Sequence record: SRR31156797_12355
Length of the DNA stretch: 44,008 bases
Direction: 5' to 3' (one strand)
In this document: positions 28,338-38,828 of the stretch, in pieces
Layout of the letters: every line of letters begins with the position of its first letter
Numbering within the stretch: position 1 is the first letter of the stretch
Position numbers and translations under genes: made by a program
The notes under the pieces: model-generated
Database searches by the model: none
What the model was told of the DNA's origin: nothing
What the model saw: the letters and a program-made list of their open reading frames with translations, nothing else

Positions 28338-29525
28338 ATGCAAAGAACAACCCTTTCTGATTTTTTCAACATAATGCAGCTTAGCAAAGAACTAAGGGTT
28401 GAAATAGTTAATTCTCATTTTCAGGGAGTTAAACTTTCTAAGTTTATTAAACCGCTTACTGAGTTTAAAACGAAACTTGAAAACATTGAAAAAAAAGGCA
28501 ATAAATTCAAGCTTCATATTAATGTAGAATCATATCTAACAACCGACCTATCGTATGAAATTAATGAGATAAAAAAAGATATCATATTCTGCTACAAAGG
28601 ATTTGATGGTCTTATTGATTACCATAAAAATCAAAATGCGGCTTTTGAAGATGAAGTAAGAAGCTGCAGCGAATTTATAGAATCATCTGATTTCAAGCAC
28701 TTTATATCTGATAGAGACGGCACCATAAATAACTATTCCGGCAGATACCAGTCTTCAATTCAATCAGCCTATAATGCTATTGCATTAACCCAATTTGTAA
28801 AAAAACACTTGCTATCTTCTACTATTCTTACATCTGCACCATTAAAAAATACTGGAATCCTCGATGTAAACGTATCACCAGAAGAGAGTTTTATTTTTGC
28901 CGGTTCAAAGGGAAGAGAGTTTATTTATAATGGCAAATTGTTTCAATTGAAAATTGATGAAACGCAGAAATCTAAATTGCAGGTGTTAAATGATAGCATT
29001 ATCGCTTTAACCAATAATGAAAAATATAAAAAATTCACTTTAATTGGCTCAGGCTTGCAGTTTAAATTTGGACAAACTACCATTGCCAGACAAGATATTA
29101 CAGGTGCCATACCAGAGTCAGAATCCAATAATCTACTTCTTGAAATTGAAAAAATAATTGAATCGATTGATCCGGGTCATCAATTTTTTAGAATTGAAGA
29201 TACAGGCAAGGATATTGAAATAATATTGACTGTAAAAAGCAATAATAGTCAGCTTAAAGATTTCGATAAAGGTGATGGTGTAGAATTTATCAATGAAACG
29301 TTACAACTTGGTTTTGAGAAAGATGGTTGCCTTGTTTGTGGCGATACACACTCTGATATTTCCATGGTTAAAAAACTTTTATCTATAAATGACAGTGTTT
29401 TTACTATTTTTGTCACGAAAAATACCAGGCTTATCAATGATCTGAAGAAGCAATTTAACACCAAAAGGCTTCATATAGTTTCAACTCCAGATGTATTGAT
29501 AACAGCTTTGGCGAAAATATCTTAA
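28338..29525 (+). CDS. HAD phosphatase resembling nematode-type trehalose-6-phosphate phosphatase
   Basis: HAD motifs DRDGT, LTSAPL, DKGDGV, VCGDTHSD; recalled similarity to Brugia T6PP/GOB-1 (not searched). Confidence 0.7.
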   Translation: MQRTTLSDFFNIMQLSKELRVEIVNSHFQGVKLSKFIKPLTEFKTKLENIEKKGNKFKLHINVESYLTTDLSYEINEIKKDIIFCYKGFDGLIDYHKNQNAAFEDEVRSCSEFIESSDFKHFISDRDGTINNYSGRYQSSIQSAYNAIALTQFVKKHLLSSTILTSAPLKNTGILDVNVSPEESFIFAGSKGREFIYNGKLFQLKIDETQKSKLQVLNDSIIALTNNEKYKKFTLIGSGLQFKFGQTTIARQDITGAIPESESNNLLLEIEKIIESIDPGHQFFRIEDTGKDIEIILTVKSNNSQLKDFDKGDGVEFINETLQLGFEKDGCLVCGDTHSDISMVKKLLSINDSVFTIFVTKNTRLINDLKKQFNTKRLHIVSTPDVLITALAKIS

Positions 29526-29549
29526 AAACTGAAAATTATTTAAATAGAT

Positions 29550-30287
29550 ATGGAATTGAAAGGGGTTATTTTTGATTTAGATGGTGTAATTACCAAAACT
29601 GCTGATGTACATTTTACTGCCTGGCAGCGTATTTTTGTCGAATTTTTAGAAGCTAAAGGTGTTTCGGCAACATTTACTTATGAAGATGATTATGTACCAT
29701 ATGTGGATGGAAAACCCAGATACAAAGGAGTTGAATCATTTCTCGAATCCAGAGGTTTTAAGTTACCTTTTGGAGATCTAACTGATAAAGCAGGTAAAGA
29801 GACAATTTGTGGTATTGGGAATCGAAAAAATGATGTTTTCCGTGAAGTAATTCAACAAGAAGGTGTACAGTTCTATGAGGGTACCATGAATTTCATAAAT
29901 GATCTCAAGGCTGATAAAATTCAAATGGGTGTAGCTTCCTCAAGCAAAAACTGTCAGTTTATTTTAGAAACTGTTGGTTTGGCTAAAGAATTTGAAACAA
30001 TAGTTGATGGTGTTGTGTCCCATGACTTAGGTCTTAAAGGGAAGCCAGAACCAGATATTTTTACAACTGCCGCAAAAAACATGGGATTAGAACCTACTAA
30101 TTGCGTTGTGGTTGAAGATGCTATTTCAGGAGTTCAGGCAGGAAGAAAAGGTAATTTTGGTCTTGTGCTGGGTGTTACACGCACAGGTGATAAAAATATA
30201 CTTAAAGCCAATGGAGCAGATATAGTAGTTGATGATATCTCAGAAATTTCATTACAAGAAGTTAAAGAATGGTTTGCCAAAAAATAA
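29550..30287 (+). CDS. Beta-phosphoglucomutase-family HAD hydrolase
   Basis: FDLDGVITKTA, YVDGKPRYKGV.SFL.SRG, SSSKN, GKPEPDIF, VEDA.SGVQAG. Confidence 0.85.
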   Translation: MELKGVIFDLDGVITKTADVHFTAWQRIFVEFLEAKGVSATFTYEDDYVPYVDGKPRYKGVESFLESRGFKLPFGDLTDKAGKETICGIGNRKNDVFREVIQQEGVQFYEGTMNFINDLKADKIQMGVASSSKNCQFILETVGLAKEFETIVDGVVSHDLGLKGKPEPDIFTTAAKNMGLEPTNCVVVEDAISGVQAGRKGNFGLVLGVTRTGDKNILKANGADIVVDDISEISLQEVKEWFAKK

Positions 30288-30304
30288 ATAATATCAATAA
30301 ATAT

Positions 30305-30334
30305 AAACGCCCGGTGATTGCCGGGCGTTTTTTT
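30305..30334. terminator. Bidirectional intrinsic terminator
   Basis: AAACGCCCGG-TGATTG-CCGGGCGTTT plus T-tract, between convergent genes. Confidence 0.85.
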
Positions 30335-30349
30335 ATGCTAAAATGTTAA

Positions 30350-32392
30350 TTATTTACTCAAAACTTTAAACTCTACCCTCCTGTTTTGCTGGCGACCCTC
30401 TTTTGTTTTATTATCAGCTATTGGCTGATCTTCTCCATATCCAACGAAGGTCAGTCGATCCTCTGTAATCTCCTGTGCCTTTATATATTCTACAACGGCC
30501 TTAGCTCTATTCTCGCTCAATTTTTGATTACCTGATGCACTTCCGGTATTATCAGTATGTCCGGAAATTTCAATCTTAAGCGTTGGCACATCTTTTAAAA
30601 GCTTTGCAAGGCGGTTCAACTCAGGATAAGATGTTGGACGCAAAATAGCTTTTCCTGGATCAAAGAATACGTTTTTCAAGACGATTTTCACGTCTTTTTT
30701 CACGTTATTCAATAATATCTCTTTCTCAATCTCCTGATAGGCAGTAGCTTTAGGAATATTAAAGTTTTCCGAATGGAAAAGATAATTCTCCGCTTTAACT
30801 GCTAAACCATAGTTTTTACCACTAGGCAGCGTAACCAGGAATTTACCGGTCTTACTATTAGATTCGTTGTTGAAAACAATCTCATCTTTATCATTATCAA
30901 CCACTTCTATGGTTGCCTTAATTGGCTCATTGGTAATAGCATCCTTCACAAGACCTTTCACAACAGTTAAACGAATAGTTTTAATCTCAACAGACTTTTC
31001 TAATACGTTATCACTTACAGAGGATTCAAAACTTGCCAATAATTGATCTTCGTTACTCAAATAAAGCGGTTTTTCAGGACCAAGAAATGTAATTTGGTAA
31101 ATATCATATCTACCCTTTCCACCTTCTCGTGTTGATGAGAAATAGCCATATTTTCCATCTGCAGACAATACCAACGACAAATCATCATCAGGGGTATTAA
31201 TTGGAACACCTAAATTCTCTGGAGTTCCCCATTTTCCATCATCACCTTTAACAGCCCTGAAAATATCATATCCTCCAATTGAACTATGTCCTTCAGAGCT
31301 AAAATACAATGTACGACCATCCGGGTGCATGAAAACACTCTCTTCGTTATATTTTGTATTGATTGCTGGTCCTAAATTTTCAGCCTCACCCCAACGACCT
31401 CTATCATCTTTATGAACCACATATATATCTGTACCACCATAACCTCCTTCTCGACTACTAATAAAGTAAAGTACCTGATCATTATTAGCTAATGACGCTG
31501 AAGTCTCTTTCTCATTACTGTTTACGCTTTTAGGAAGCCACTCCGGATATTGCCATTCATCCCCATCCAGTTCAGATGATTGAATATCTCCATTTCGCTT
31601 GCGACCATTGTAAATCAAGATCATTTGACCATCAGATGAAAGTCCCACCGTAGCATCATTCATATGGCTATTCAATGGCTCACCCACATTGGTTGGTTGT
31701 GTCCATCTTTTATTTACTTTGTATGAAACGTAAATATCCTCATCATACTCCTGGGTAATATCATCTAAAACACCACCTTTTGAACCTTCGCGTGTGGAGG
31801 TAAAAAGCATAGTAGAGGCATCTGCTGAAATTACCGGGCTATGCTCCGTGTAGCTTGTATTTACATCAGCAACATTGTCAATAAACGCTCGAGCAGGCTT
31901 ATCAACTAACTTCAATGCATTTTCGCATTCTTCAATTCTTTTAACAACAGCTTCAATATCATCAACCTGGTTAGGTAAAAGGCCCTTTTTATAATTCTGA
32001 TAATGAGGTATCGCCTTTGAATATTGACCATTCAGATGAAAACCACGCCCAATATAATACTCAATATCGGGATCAACTGAAGGTTTTAGTTCTTTTGCTT
32101 TTACAAAATACTCCAGTGATTTATAACTTTGAACGGAAGCCATATAGCTCAATCCGATCTGAAAATTCAAACGTGAATTATTTGGATTAAACTCATTAGC
32201 CTTTAGGTAACTCTGCAACGCCAAATAATACTGACCATTATCAAAATAGTTATCACCATCAAGATAGTGACCATCTGCTTCTTTAAATTCCTTTTTTTGA
32301 TCCTTAAAATAAGATTTATCGAACGGAACATCTTGAGCAAAAGCATTAACTGCGATTAATACAAAAATTATTATGGTTGATATAAATCTCAT
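30350..32392 (-). CDS. PorE-like TPR/PD40/carboxypeptidase-regulatory/OmpA domain protein
   Basis: Signal peptide from ATG 32392; TPRs; PD40 repeats (LYFSS..GG.G..DIY); OmpA C-terminus SGHTD..G....N.KLS..RA, NRRVE. Confidence 0.88.
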   Translation of the reverse strand: MRFISTIIIFVLIAVNAFAQDVPFDKSYFKDQKKEFKEADGHYLDGDNYFDNGQYYLALQSYLKANEFNPNNSRLNFQIGLSYMASVQSYKSLEYFVKAKELKPSVDPDIEYYIGRGFHLNGQYSKAIPHYQNYKKGLLPNQVDDIEAVVKRIEECENALKLVDKPARAFIDNVADVNTSYTEHSPVISADASTMLFTSTREGSKGGVLDDITQEYDEDIYVSYKVNKRWTQPTNVGEPLNSHMNDATVGLSSDGQMILIYNGRKRNGDIQSSELDGDEWQYPEWLPKSVNSNEKETSASLANNDQVLYFISSREGGYGGTDIYVVHKDDRGRWGEAENLGPAINTKYNEESVFMHPDGRTLYFSSEGHSSIGGYDIFRAVKGDDGKWGTPENLGVPINTPDDDLSLVLSADGKYGYFSSTREGGKGRYDIYQITFLGPEKPLYLSNEDQLLASFESSVSDNVLEKSVEIKTIRLTVVKGLVKDAITNEPIKATIEVVDNDKDEIVFNNESNSKTGKFLVTLPSGKNYGLAVKAENYLFHSENFNIPKATAYQEIEKEILLNNVKKDVKIVLKNVFFDPGKAILRPTSYPELNRLAKLLKDVPTLKIEISGHTDNTGSASGNQKLSENRAKAVVEYIKAQEITEDRLTFVGYGEDQPIADNKTKEGRQQNRRVEFKVLSK

Positions 32393-32399
32393 GACATTA

Positions 32400-33473
32400 T
32401 TATTTTTTGTAGTAATTAATAAATTGCTGAGCATCTTTTGCTCCATTTTTAACAGCTAATTCCCACGCAGCCACTGCGCCTTCAATATCATTATTCATCT
32501 CTTTAGCAGATCCTAAATTTATATAGGCTTGCTGATACTTATTGTCAATTGATATCGCTTTTTCAAAAGCTTTAATCGCAGCTTCAAAATCGCGTTTTTT
32601 CATATGAGCAGCTCCCATATTATTATAAGCAAATGCATAGTCAGGTTTTATTGAAATTGCCTTTTTATAATCCTTAATGGCCTCATCATATTTCTTTTGC
32701 TGGTAATGTGCTGCTCCTCTATTATTGTAATAAACCGGATTTTTATCATCCATTTTTATGGCTAATCCATAATTAAGAATGGCATCTTCGTTTTTATCTA
32801 ATTTACGAAGAGCACTCCCTAAATTATTATAAATCAACGCTGAAGTTGGATTCAATTTGGAAGCTGCCTGATAATCTGAGATGGCTTTTTCAAATTCACC
32901 TTTTTGACGATAAGCGCTTCCTCTATCGTTTAATACTTCCCATTTTTTATTATCTTTTTTAATAGCTAAAGTGAATGATTCAATAGCTTTTTGATAATCT
33001 TGTAATTGAAAATGGCTTTGTCCGGAGATATAAAACATATCATAGCTTTGAAAACCGGTTTTCAATGACAAATCAAAATTCGTAATGGCTTCATTATAAT
33101 TCTGTTGCTTGAATAAAGCAAGTCCCAATGAAAAATAAGCTTTTCCGTTCGTTTTATCCAATTCCAATGTTTTATTAAAGTCAGATATAGCATTATCAAG
33201 CTGATTAAGTTCAAGATAAGCAAGGCCTCTATTGAAAAATGCCTTTGAAAAATCTGCTTTAAATGAGATAGCTTCTGAAAACTTACCAATAGCTTCAGTA
33301 AAGCTTTTTTGACCAATCAACTCAATCCCTTGATTATAAGCCAATTCAGCCTCTTGATTCTCAGCCACTACCAACGTCGAACTTGTATCGATAATGGTAG
33401 AGTCATTTTGGCCAAAAACATTCAGGCCAATCACTATAAGCACTATAGAAAGTAATAATGAACTGAATTTCAT
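32400..33473 (-). CDS. Exported TPR protein
   Basis: Signal peptide followed by many canonical TPRs (NRG.AY, YNNLG). Confidence 0.88.
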   Translation of the reverse strand: MKFSSLLLSIVLIVIGLNVFGQNDSTIIDTSSTLVVAENQEAELAYNQGIELIGQKSFTEAIGKFSEAISFKADFSKAFFNRGLAYLELNQLDNAISDFNKTLELDKTNGKAYFSLGLALFKQQNYNEAITNFDLSLKTGFQSYDMFYISGQSHFQLQDYQKAIESFTLAIKKDNKKWEVLNDRGSAYRQKGEFEKAISDYQAASKLNPTSALIYNNLGSALRKLDKNEDAILNYGLAIKMDDKNPVYYNNRGAAHYQQKKYDEAIKDYKKAISIKPDYAFAYNNMGAAHMKKRDFEAAIKAFEKAISIDNKYQQAYINLGSAKEMNNDIEGAVAAWELAVKNGAKDAQQFINYYKK

Positions 33474-33660
33474 ATGTTTATAATTTAAGTTTTAGTTCCC
33501 ACAACCGATCAACAAGTTGAAAACGATTGATTTATAGTTTAAATATTGTATATTTATTTCCTTAATTTGACCAGATTCGTAACGGAAAATCTTAGACTCA
33601 TCAAAAAATTCGCTTTTCCTATACAAATTAGGTTAAAATTAACGATTTTTAAATAAAAAA

Positions 33661-36012
33661 GTGCGCTTAAAAATATTTTTATACATACTATTATTTCTTC
33701 CTCTTCTCGTAAGTGGTCAGGATGAATATAAAAAGTTGTTAAAATCCGGGGACAGGTATTATAACGATGAACAATATTCAGATGCTGCTTACTTTTATTT
33801 TAAGGCAGATTCAATAAAATCACTATCACCCGAATATGCTTTTAATCTTGCCAATAGTTTAATTCAAATTGATGATAGGGAACTTGAAGCCATCCCATTC
33901 TTTGAAGCAGCCTTGAAAAGCCGAAGAAACGACCCTCAATTTATTAGAAAAGAGTTAGGAACATTATATCATAAAATTTTCCAGTTCGATAAAGCCATAA
34001 AGCATTTCACTGAGTATTTAAATAACGCAAACAGAGAAGATCGATTTATTATTTACTCAGAAAGGATGCTTGAAACGTGTAATAATGCCAAGAGAATATT
34101 TAGTCGTAAGAAGGATTACGATATAAAACCGCTGCCCTACCCACTTTCGCAAGAAGATACCAAAAATGTATTCGCTACTGTTGATGGTCAAATCATATTT
34201 TTTCAAAATAAAAAAGGTGACATTTTTAAATCTGAAATTGAATTTGGAAGATTTCAGGAGCCCACAAAACTTATTAAAAATGAGAGATTAGAAAATGCCA
34301 AACTGGTAAATATTTCAATTGATGGTCAAATACTATATTTCAGCATTCTAAACAGAAATAATTTTGATCTTTATAAAAGTCAATTAATTGGTCTTACGAT
34401 TCAAAAACCACAAGAACTACCGGGAGAAATTAATACAAAATTTAATGAGTTTGATTTAACAATTTCTGCAGATGGTACAGTTCTCTATTTCAGCAGCGAC
34501 CGTCCCGGAGGTTATGGTAAATCAGATATTTACAAAGCAAACAGACTCAATAATAACGATTGGAGCACCCCCGATAATGCAGGTCCTGAAATAAATACTC
34601 CTTTTGATGAGCGTGCACCATTTTTACACGCTAGTGGTAACTATTTATTCTTTGCATCTCAAGGTCATGAAAATATAGGTGGCTTTGATATTTTCAAATC
34701 TGAAAAGAAAGATATTTCATGGAGCGCGCCGGAAAGCGTGGTTTACATTAACACCATTTACGACGATTTATCTTTCTCTCAAACAGCAAATGGTAATTTC
34801 GTAATATTTAGTCGCCCCAAAGATTTTGATCCTGAGATTCATAGACTTTGGAGTGTGAACTTAAGCCAAAATATTCCTTTAACAATCGTAAAAGGTACAA
34901 TAATGGCTGGAGAGCCTTTGGAACCGGTAAAAGCTAAAATCAAAGTATTCAAAAAACCTGAGGGTGATCGAATGAATTATATCTATGATCCCAACCCCAG
35001 GACAGGTAAATACCTACTCATTTTCCCACCTGGAAAGGATTATGATATGGTAGTACAAGCCGATGGTTTTTTACCTCAATTGATACATATAAAAGTCCCA
35101 AACCAAACATATTTCCACGAATTATTTCAGGAAATAAGGCTTTATTCCATAACCGTTGCAGATAAAAAAGTTGGAGAAAAAGTTGAGGTTGAGAATGTAT
35201 TTTATGACATTTACCAAACCAACCTTTCTGATTCACTAATAAATAAATACAAGCCCGAACGGGAGAAGAATTACGACCACTTACTACAAATGGTTGAGGA
35301 TATAATCAATACTACAGATAGTCTAGGAATTGAAACTATAAATGATGTGCGTGAAGCGCCTGAATTAACTCCAATTGACCAACAGGAATCATATGATCAT
35401 TTATTGAGCTTAATTGAAAATGCAATAGCTACAACAGATAGTGTAAGCTTAGCACTACTGGATGAGCAAACAGTTCAAAATGAAGAAAGCTCAGAGGTTT
35501 ACTTCTACTCCTCTAATCAAATGCCTCATGAGTATTTGGAGAAATCAGTTTTTAGCGGAGATACGGTATTTACTAAGCCACGACTTGAAACCAATGAACA
35601 GGATAAAATCAAATCATCTGTTCAAAACTATGATTTCAATTACCGTACATTAAAGGATAATCAAAAAAGAGAAATCCTCAATAAAACCATCTATTTTGAT
35701 GTAAACGAAGTGTATATTAAGACACAATACATATTTGACATTGGACAAATTACAGATTTACTATACGATAATCCATCACTGGGTATTGAAATACATGGAT
35801 ATGCAGATGAACGAGGTTCTGCTGAATACAATAAGCAATTGTCAGAACGTAGAGCCAACGAGGTATTTAAGAAAATACAATCAGATAGAATAAGGTCCAA
35901 CAGAATCATGATTGAAGGGCATGGAGAAGAACAAACAAATAGAATACAAAATAATAGTCTTGCAAAGTCAAGACGCGTTGATATAATTATTTTCAAACCA
36001 ATTCTTGAATAA
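33661..36012 (+). CDS. PorE-like TPR/PD40/OmpA protein with an extra inserted region
   Basis: GTG start, signal peptide, TPR, PD40 (LYFSSDRPGGYGKSDIY), TGKYL, OmpA HGYADERGSAEYN..LS.RRA, RRVD. Confidence 0.85.
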   Translation: MRLKIFLYILLFLPLLVSGQDEYKKLLKSGDRYYNDEQYSDAAYFYFKADSIKSLSPEYAFNLANSLIQIDDRELEAIPFFEAALKSRRNDPQFIRKELGTLYHKIFQFDKAIKHFTEYLNNANREDRFIIYSERMLETCNNAKRIFSRKKDYDIKPLPYPLSQEDTKNVFATVDGQIIFFQNKKGDIFKSEIEFGRFQEPTKLIKNERLENAKLVNISIDGQILYFSILNRNNFDLYKSQLIGLTIQKPQELPGEINTKFNEFDLTISADGTVLYFSSDRPGGYGKSDIYKANRLNNNDWSTPDNAGPEINTPFDERAPFLHASGNYLFFASQGHENIGGFDIFKSEKKDISWSAPESVVYINTIYDDLSFSQTANGNFVIFSRPKDFDPEIHRLWSVNLSQNIPLTIVKGTIMAGEPLEPVKAKIKVFKKPEGDRMNYIYDPNPRTGKYLLIFPPGKDYDMVVQADGFLPQLIHIKVPNQTYFHELFQEIRLYSITVADKKVGEKVEVENVFYDIYQTNLSDSLINKYKPEREKNYDHLLQMVEDIINTTDSLGIETINDVREAPELTPIDQQESYDHLLSLIENAIATTDSVSLALLDEQTVQNEESSEVYFYSSNQMPHEYLEKSVFSGDTVFTKPRLETNEQDKIKSSVQNYDFNYRTLKDNQKREILNKTIYFDVNEVYIKTQYIFDIGQITDLLYDNPSLGIEIHGYADERGSAEYNKQLSERRANEVFKKIQSDRIRSNRIMIEGHGEEQTNRIQNNSLAKSRRVDIIIFKPILE

Positions 36013-36565
36013 ATTGAAGAGAAGGCTAACATACATATTACCATTAGTTTTTGTATTCTGTAGTTTGGGATTAAAAGCCCAAAAATTTACAGAATATGAG
36101 GTAAAAGCTGCCTACATTTTCAATTTCTCAAAGTTTATCAAATGGCCTGAAAGCAGTTTTGATAATCAGGCATCTCCATATGTGCTTGGCATTTACGGGA
36201 AAGACCCTTTTGGTAATATTATCAAAAAAATTATTAGTAATCGAAAATCAAACGGTCGAAACTGGGTTGTAAAATATTATAGTAGACCTGACCAAATAAA
36301 ACAATGTCATATTTTATTTATTACTGATGTCAGCCCAAGCGAACTTTTAAGAATTATTGAACATACCAGAAAAATACCTGTTCTGACTGTAGGAGATGAA
36401 ATTAAAAACTTCTGTCAACAAGGAGGTCAGATTAATTTTACTCCAACGAACTCAGGCAAAAGATTTGAAATAAATAACAAAGAAGCTAACAAGGCAGGAT
36501 TATCCATTAGCGCCAAATTGCTAATGCTCTCTAAAATCATCAAAACCGATGAAGTTAAATTTTAA
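36005..36565 (+). CDS. YfiR family periplasmic protein
   Basis: [47 protein letters not shown] signature; TTG start overlaps upstream stop. Confidence 0.88.
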   Translation: MNKLKRRLTYILPLVFVFCSLGLKAQKFTEYEVKAAYIFNFSKFIKWPESSFDNQASPYVLGIYGKDPFGNIIKKIISNRKSNGRNWVVKYYSRPDQIKQCHILFITDVSPSELLRIIEHTRKIPVLTVGDEIKNFCQQGGQINFTPTNSGKRFEINNKEANKAGLSISAKLLMLSKIIKTDEVKF

Positions 36566-38828
36566 TAATTTTTCCATAAAGGTAAAGATAGTCAGCATCA
36601 TTATCCTTGTGACCATTATTGCTCTGGTATTGGCTGGCACCATTTTCTTTGCTTATGATAAAAAACAATTTGAAAAACGCACAATAAACGATTTATCTAT
36701 TCTATCGCAAGTTATCGGCAATAATAGCACTGCAGCTATAACATATAACGATCAGGAAACAGCCAACGAGATTTTAAACTCGTTACGTGCAGAAAAGCAA
36801 GTAAAGCATGCATCAATTATAGTTAATCAAAATGATACATTAGCTATTTATAAAAAAGATAAGAACTTTAAGCCTGATAAACTTATAACCCCCAAGGACA
36901 CTAATTATTTCAGTAAAAATGACCTGTTTATTCAAAGAAGTATTTTATTAAATAACGATACTATTGGACGTATTGCCATACAATCAAGCCTGGAAGAATA
37001 TAAGCAACGCATGAAAAATTTCTTCAATATCATTGCTATTATTCTGCTCACAGCCCTTGGGATAGCAGTACTATTATCGTTAAAACTACAGCAGCTCATT
37101 AGTAGACCAATCATGAGTCTGGCTGATGCTATGGAGGTTGTTTCCAAAGACAAAGACTTCTCTGTCAGACTTCAAGAAAAAGGTAAAGATGAGATCAATG
37201 AATTGATTAGTGGTTTCAATACTATGCTTTCCCAAATTCAACAGCAAAATACTGCCTTGCAACTGGCTAAAGAACAAGCAGAAAGGTCAGTGAAAATTAA
37301 AGAACGATTTTTAGCTAATATGTCGCATGAAATCCGCACTCCAATGAACGGTATTCTTGGAATGGGAAAACTTTTAGAAGATACGGAATTAAATGAAGAG
37401 CAACATGCTTATGTTGATAGCATAAATGCCTCTGCTTCTACCCTTTTGGTTATTATTAACGATATCCTGGACTTCTCAAAAATTGAAGCAGGTAAAATTG
37501 AATTTGATAAACTCAATTTCAATATTATTGATACCATTAAAAAGCTGTACAATTCTTTTAAAGTCAAAACTGACGAAAAAAATCTTCAATTTAGCCTTTC
37601 CATTGATGAAGCCATGCCTGAGTTTATTTATGGTGATCATGTGCGTTTAAATCAAATATTAAATAACTTAATTAGTAACGCTGTAAAATTCACCGAAAAA
37701 GGCCGAATTATTCTCTCTGTCAGAGTTATTAACCGTGATGTCGATGCCGTTACATTACTTTTCTCCGTGCAGGATACAGGAATTGGCATTGCCAAACACA
37801 AAATCGACGATATATTCTCATCATTTCAACAAGAAACATCATCAACAACTAGAAAATATGGCGGCACCGGACTGGGATTGACCATTTCAAAACAACTTGT
37901 TGAACTTCAAGGAGGGAAAATGAATGTTGAAAGCGAAAAAAACCTGGGTAGCACGTTTTCATTTCATTTAACATATAGTATAACACCTAAAGCAGCAGTA
38001 GAAAAAGAAAAAGCGGAACAGGAACAAAAAGACAAACAAAAGAAGAAACCAAAACACATTGATCCTGAAACATTAAAAATCTTATTAGCTGAAGATAACT
38101 TAATTAACCAAAACTTTGCCACCACCATTTTGAAAAAAAATGGCTATAGTGCTGATGTGGCTGTTAACGGAAATGAGGTACTTAAGTTTCTGGATGAAAG
38201 GAAATACGATCTAATTCTTATGGATTTACATATGCCTGAAAAAGATGGCTATGAAACCACAAATATTATCAGAAATTCAAATGCAGACTATCAGGGCATT
38301 CCAATTATTGCAGTAACAGCTGCGGCAATAAAAGGAGAAAAAGAAAGGTGTTTTAATGAAGGAATGAATGGCTATATTTCAAAACCTTATGCTCCACAAG
38401 AATTGATTGAGAAGATTAATGAAGTAATTGAAAATCAACACGAAAGTTTCGAGCAAATTCAACTTTACAAAGAAGATGGCTTAGAATTTACTAATCTGAA
38501 TTACATAAAAGCAGCCGCAGGTAACGATCAGGATTTAATTAATGAATTTATACAGATTTTTATCAAACAAGTTCCGGAATTTATTGCTGATTTGAATTCT
38601 GAATTAAAAAATAAAGAGTACCTAAAGATTTCAAAATTAGCACATACAGCCAAATCATCTGTTGCTATGATGGGCATGAATAAATTGGCAGATGAAGTCA
38701 AAAAGCTTGAAGAATTATCTAAAGAAGGCAAAAATAAAGTTGAAATTGAAAAACTAATTCGTAAATTTGAAAAAGAAGTGCTAATAGGCAAAGAAGAGTT
38801 AGAAAACTATTTAAAACAAAACCAATGA
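36549..38828 (+). CDS. Hybrid histidine kinase (TM-CHASE8-TM-HAMP-HisKA-HATPase-REC-HPt)
   Basis: AAI.YND...A.EIL..L periplasmic motif; [53 protein letters not shown]. Confidence 0.9.
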   Translation: MKLNFNNFSIKVKIVSIIILVTIIALVLAGTIFFAYDKKQFEKRTINDLSILSQVIGNNSTAAITYNDQETANEILNSLRAEKQVKHASIIVNQNDTLAIYKKDKNFKPDKLITPKDTNYFSKNDLFIQRSILLNNDTIGRIAIQSSLEEYKQRMKNFFNIIAIILLTALGIAVLLSLKLQQLISRPIMSLADAMEVVSKDKDFSVRLQEKGKDEINELISGFNTMLSQIQQQNTALQLAKEQAERSVKIKERFLANMSHEIRTPMNGILGMGKLLEDTELNEEQHAYVDSINASASTLLVIINDILDFSKIEAGKIEFDKLNFNIIDTIKKLYNSFKVKTDEKNLQFSLSIDEAMPEFIYGDHVRLNQILNNLISNAVKFTEKGRIILSVRVINRDVDAVTLLFSVQDTGIGIAKHKIDDIFSSFQQETSSTTRKYGGTGLGLTISKQLVELQGGKMNVESEKNLGSTFSFHLTYSITPKAAVEKEKAEQEQKDKQKKKPKHIDPETLKILLAEDNLINQNFATTILKKNGYSADVAVNGNEVLKFLDERKYDLILMDLHMPEKDGYETTNIIRNSNADYQGIPIIAVTAAAIKGEKERCFNEGMNGYISKPYAPQELIEKINEVIENQHESFEQIQLYKEDGLEFTNLNYIKAAAGNDQDLINEFIQIFIKQVPEFIADLNSELKNKEYLKISKLAHTAKSSVAMMGMNKLADEVKKLEELSKEGKNKVEIEKLIRKFEKEVLIGKEELENYLKQNQ

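Noticed and set aside
32393-32446. Longer start for the minus-strand OmpA protein
   Set aside because: It overlaps the TPR gene; a clean signal peptide begins at ATG 32392.
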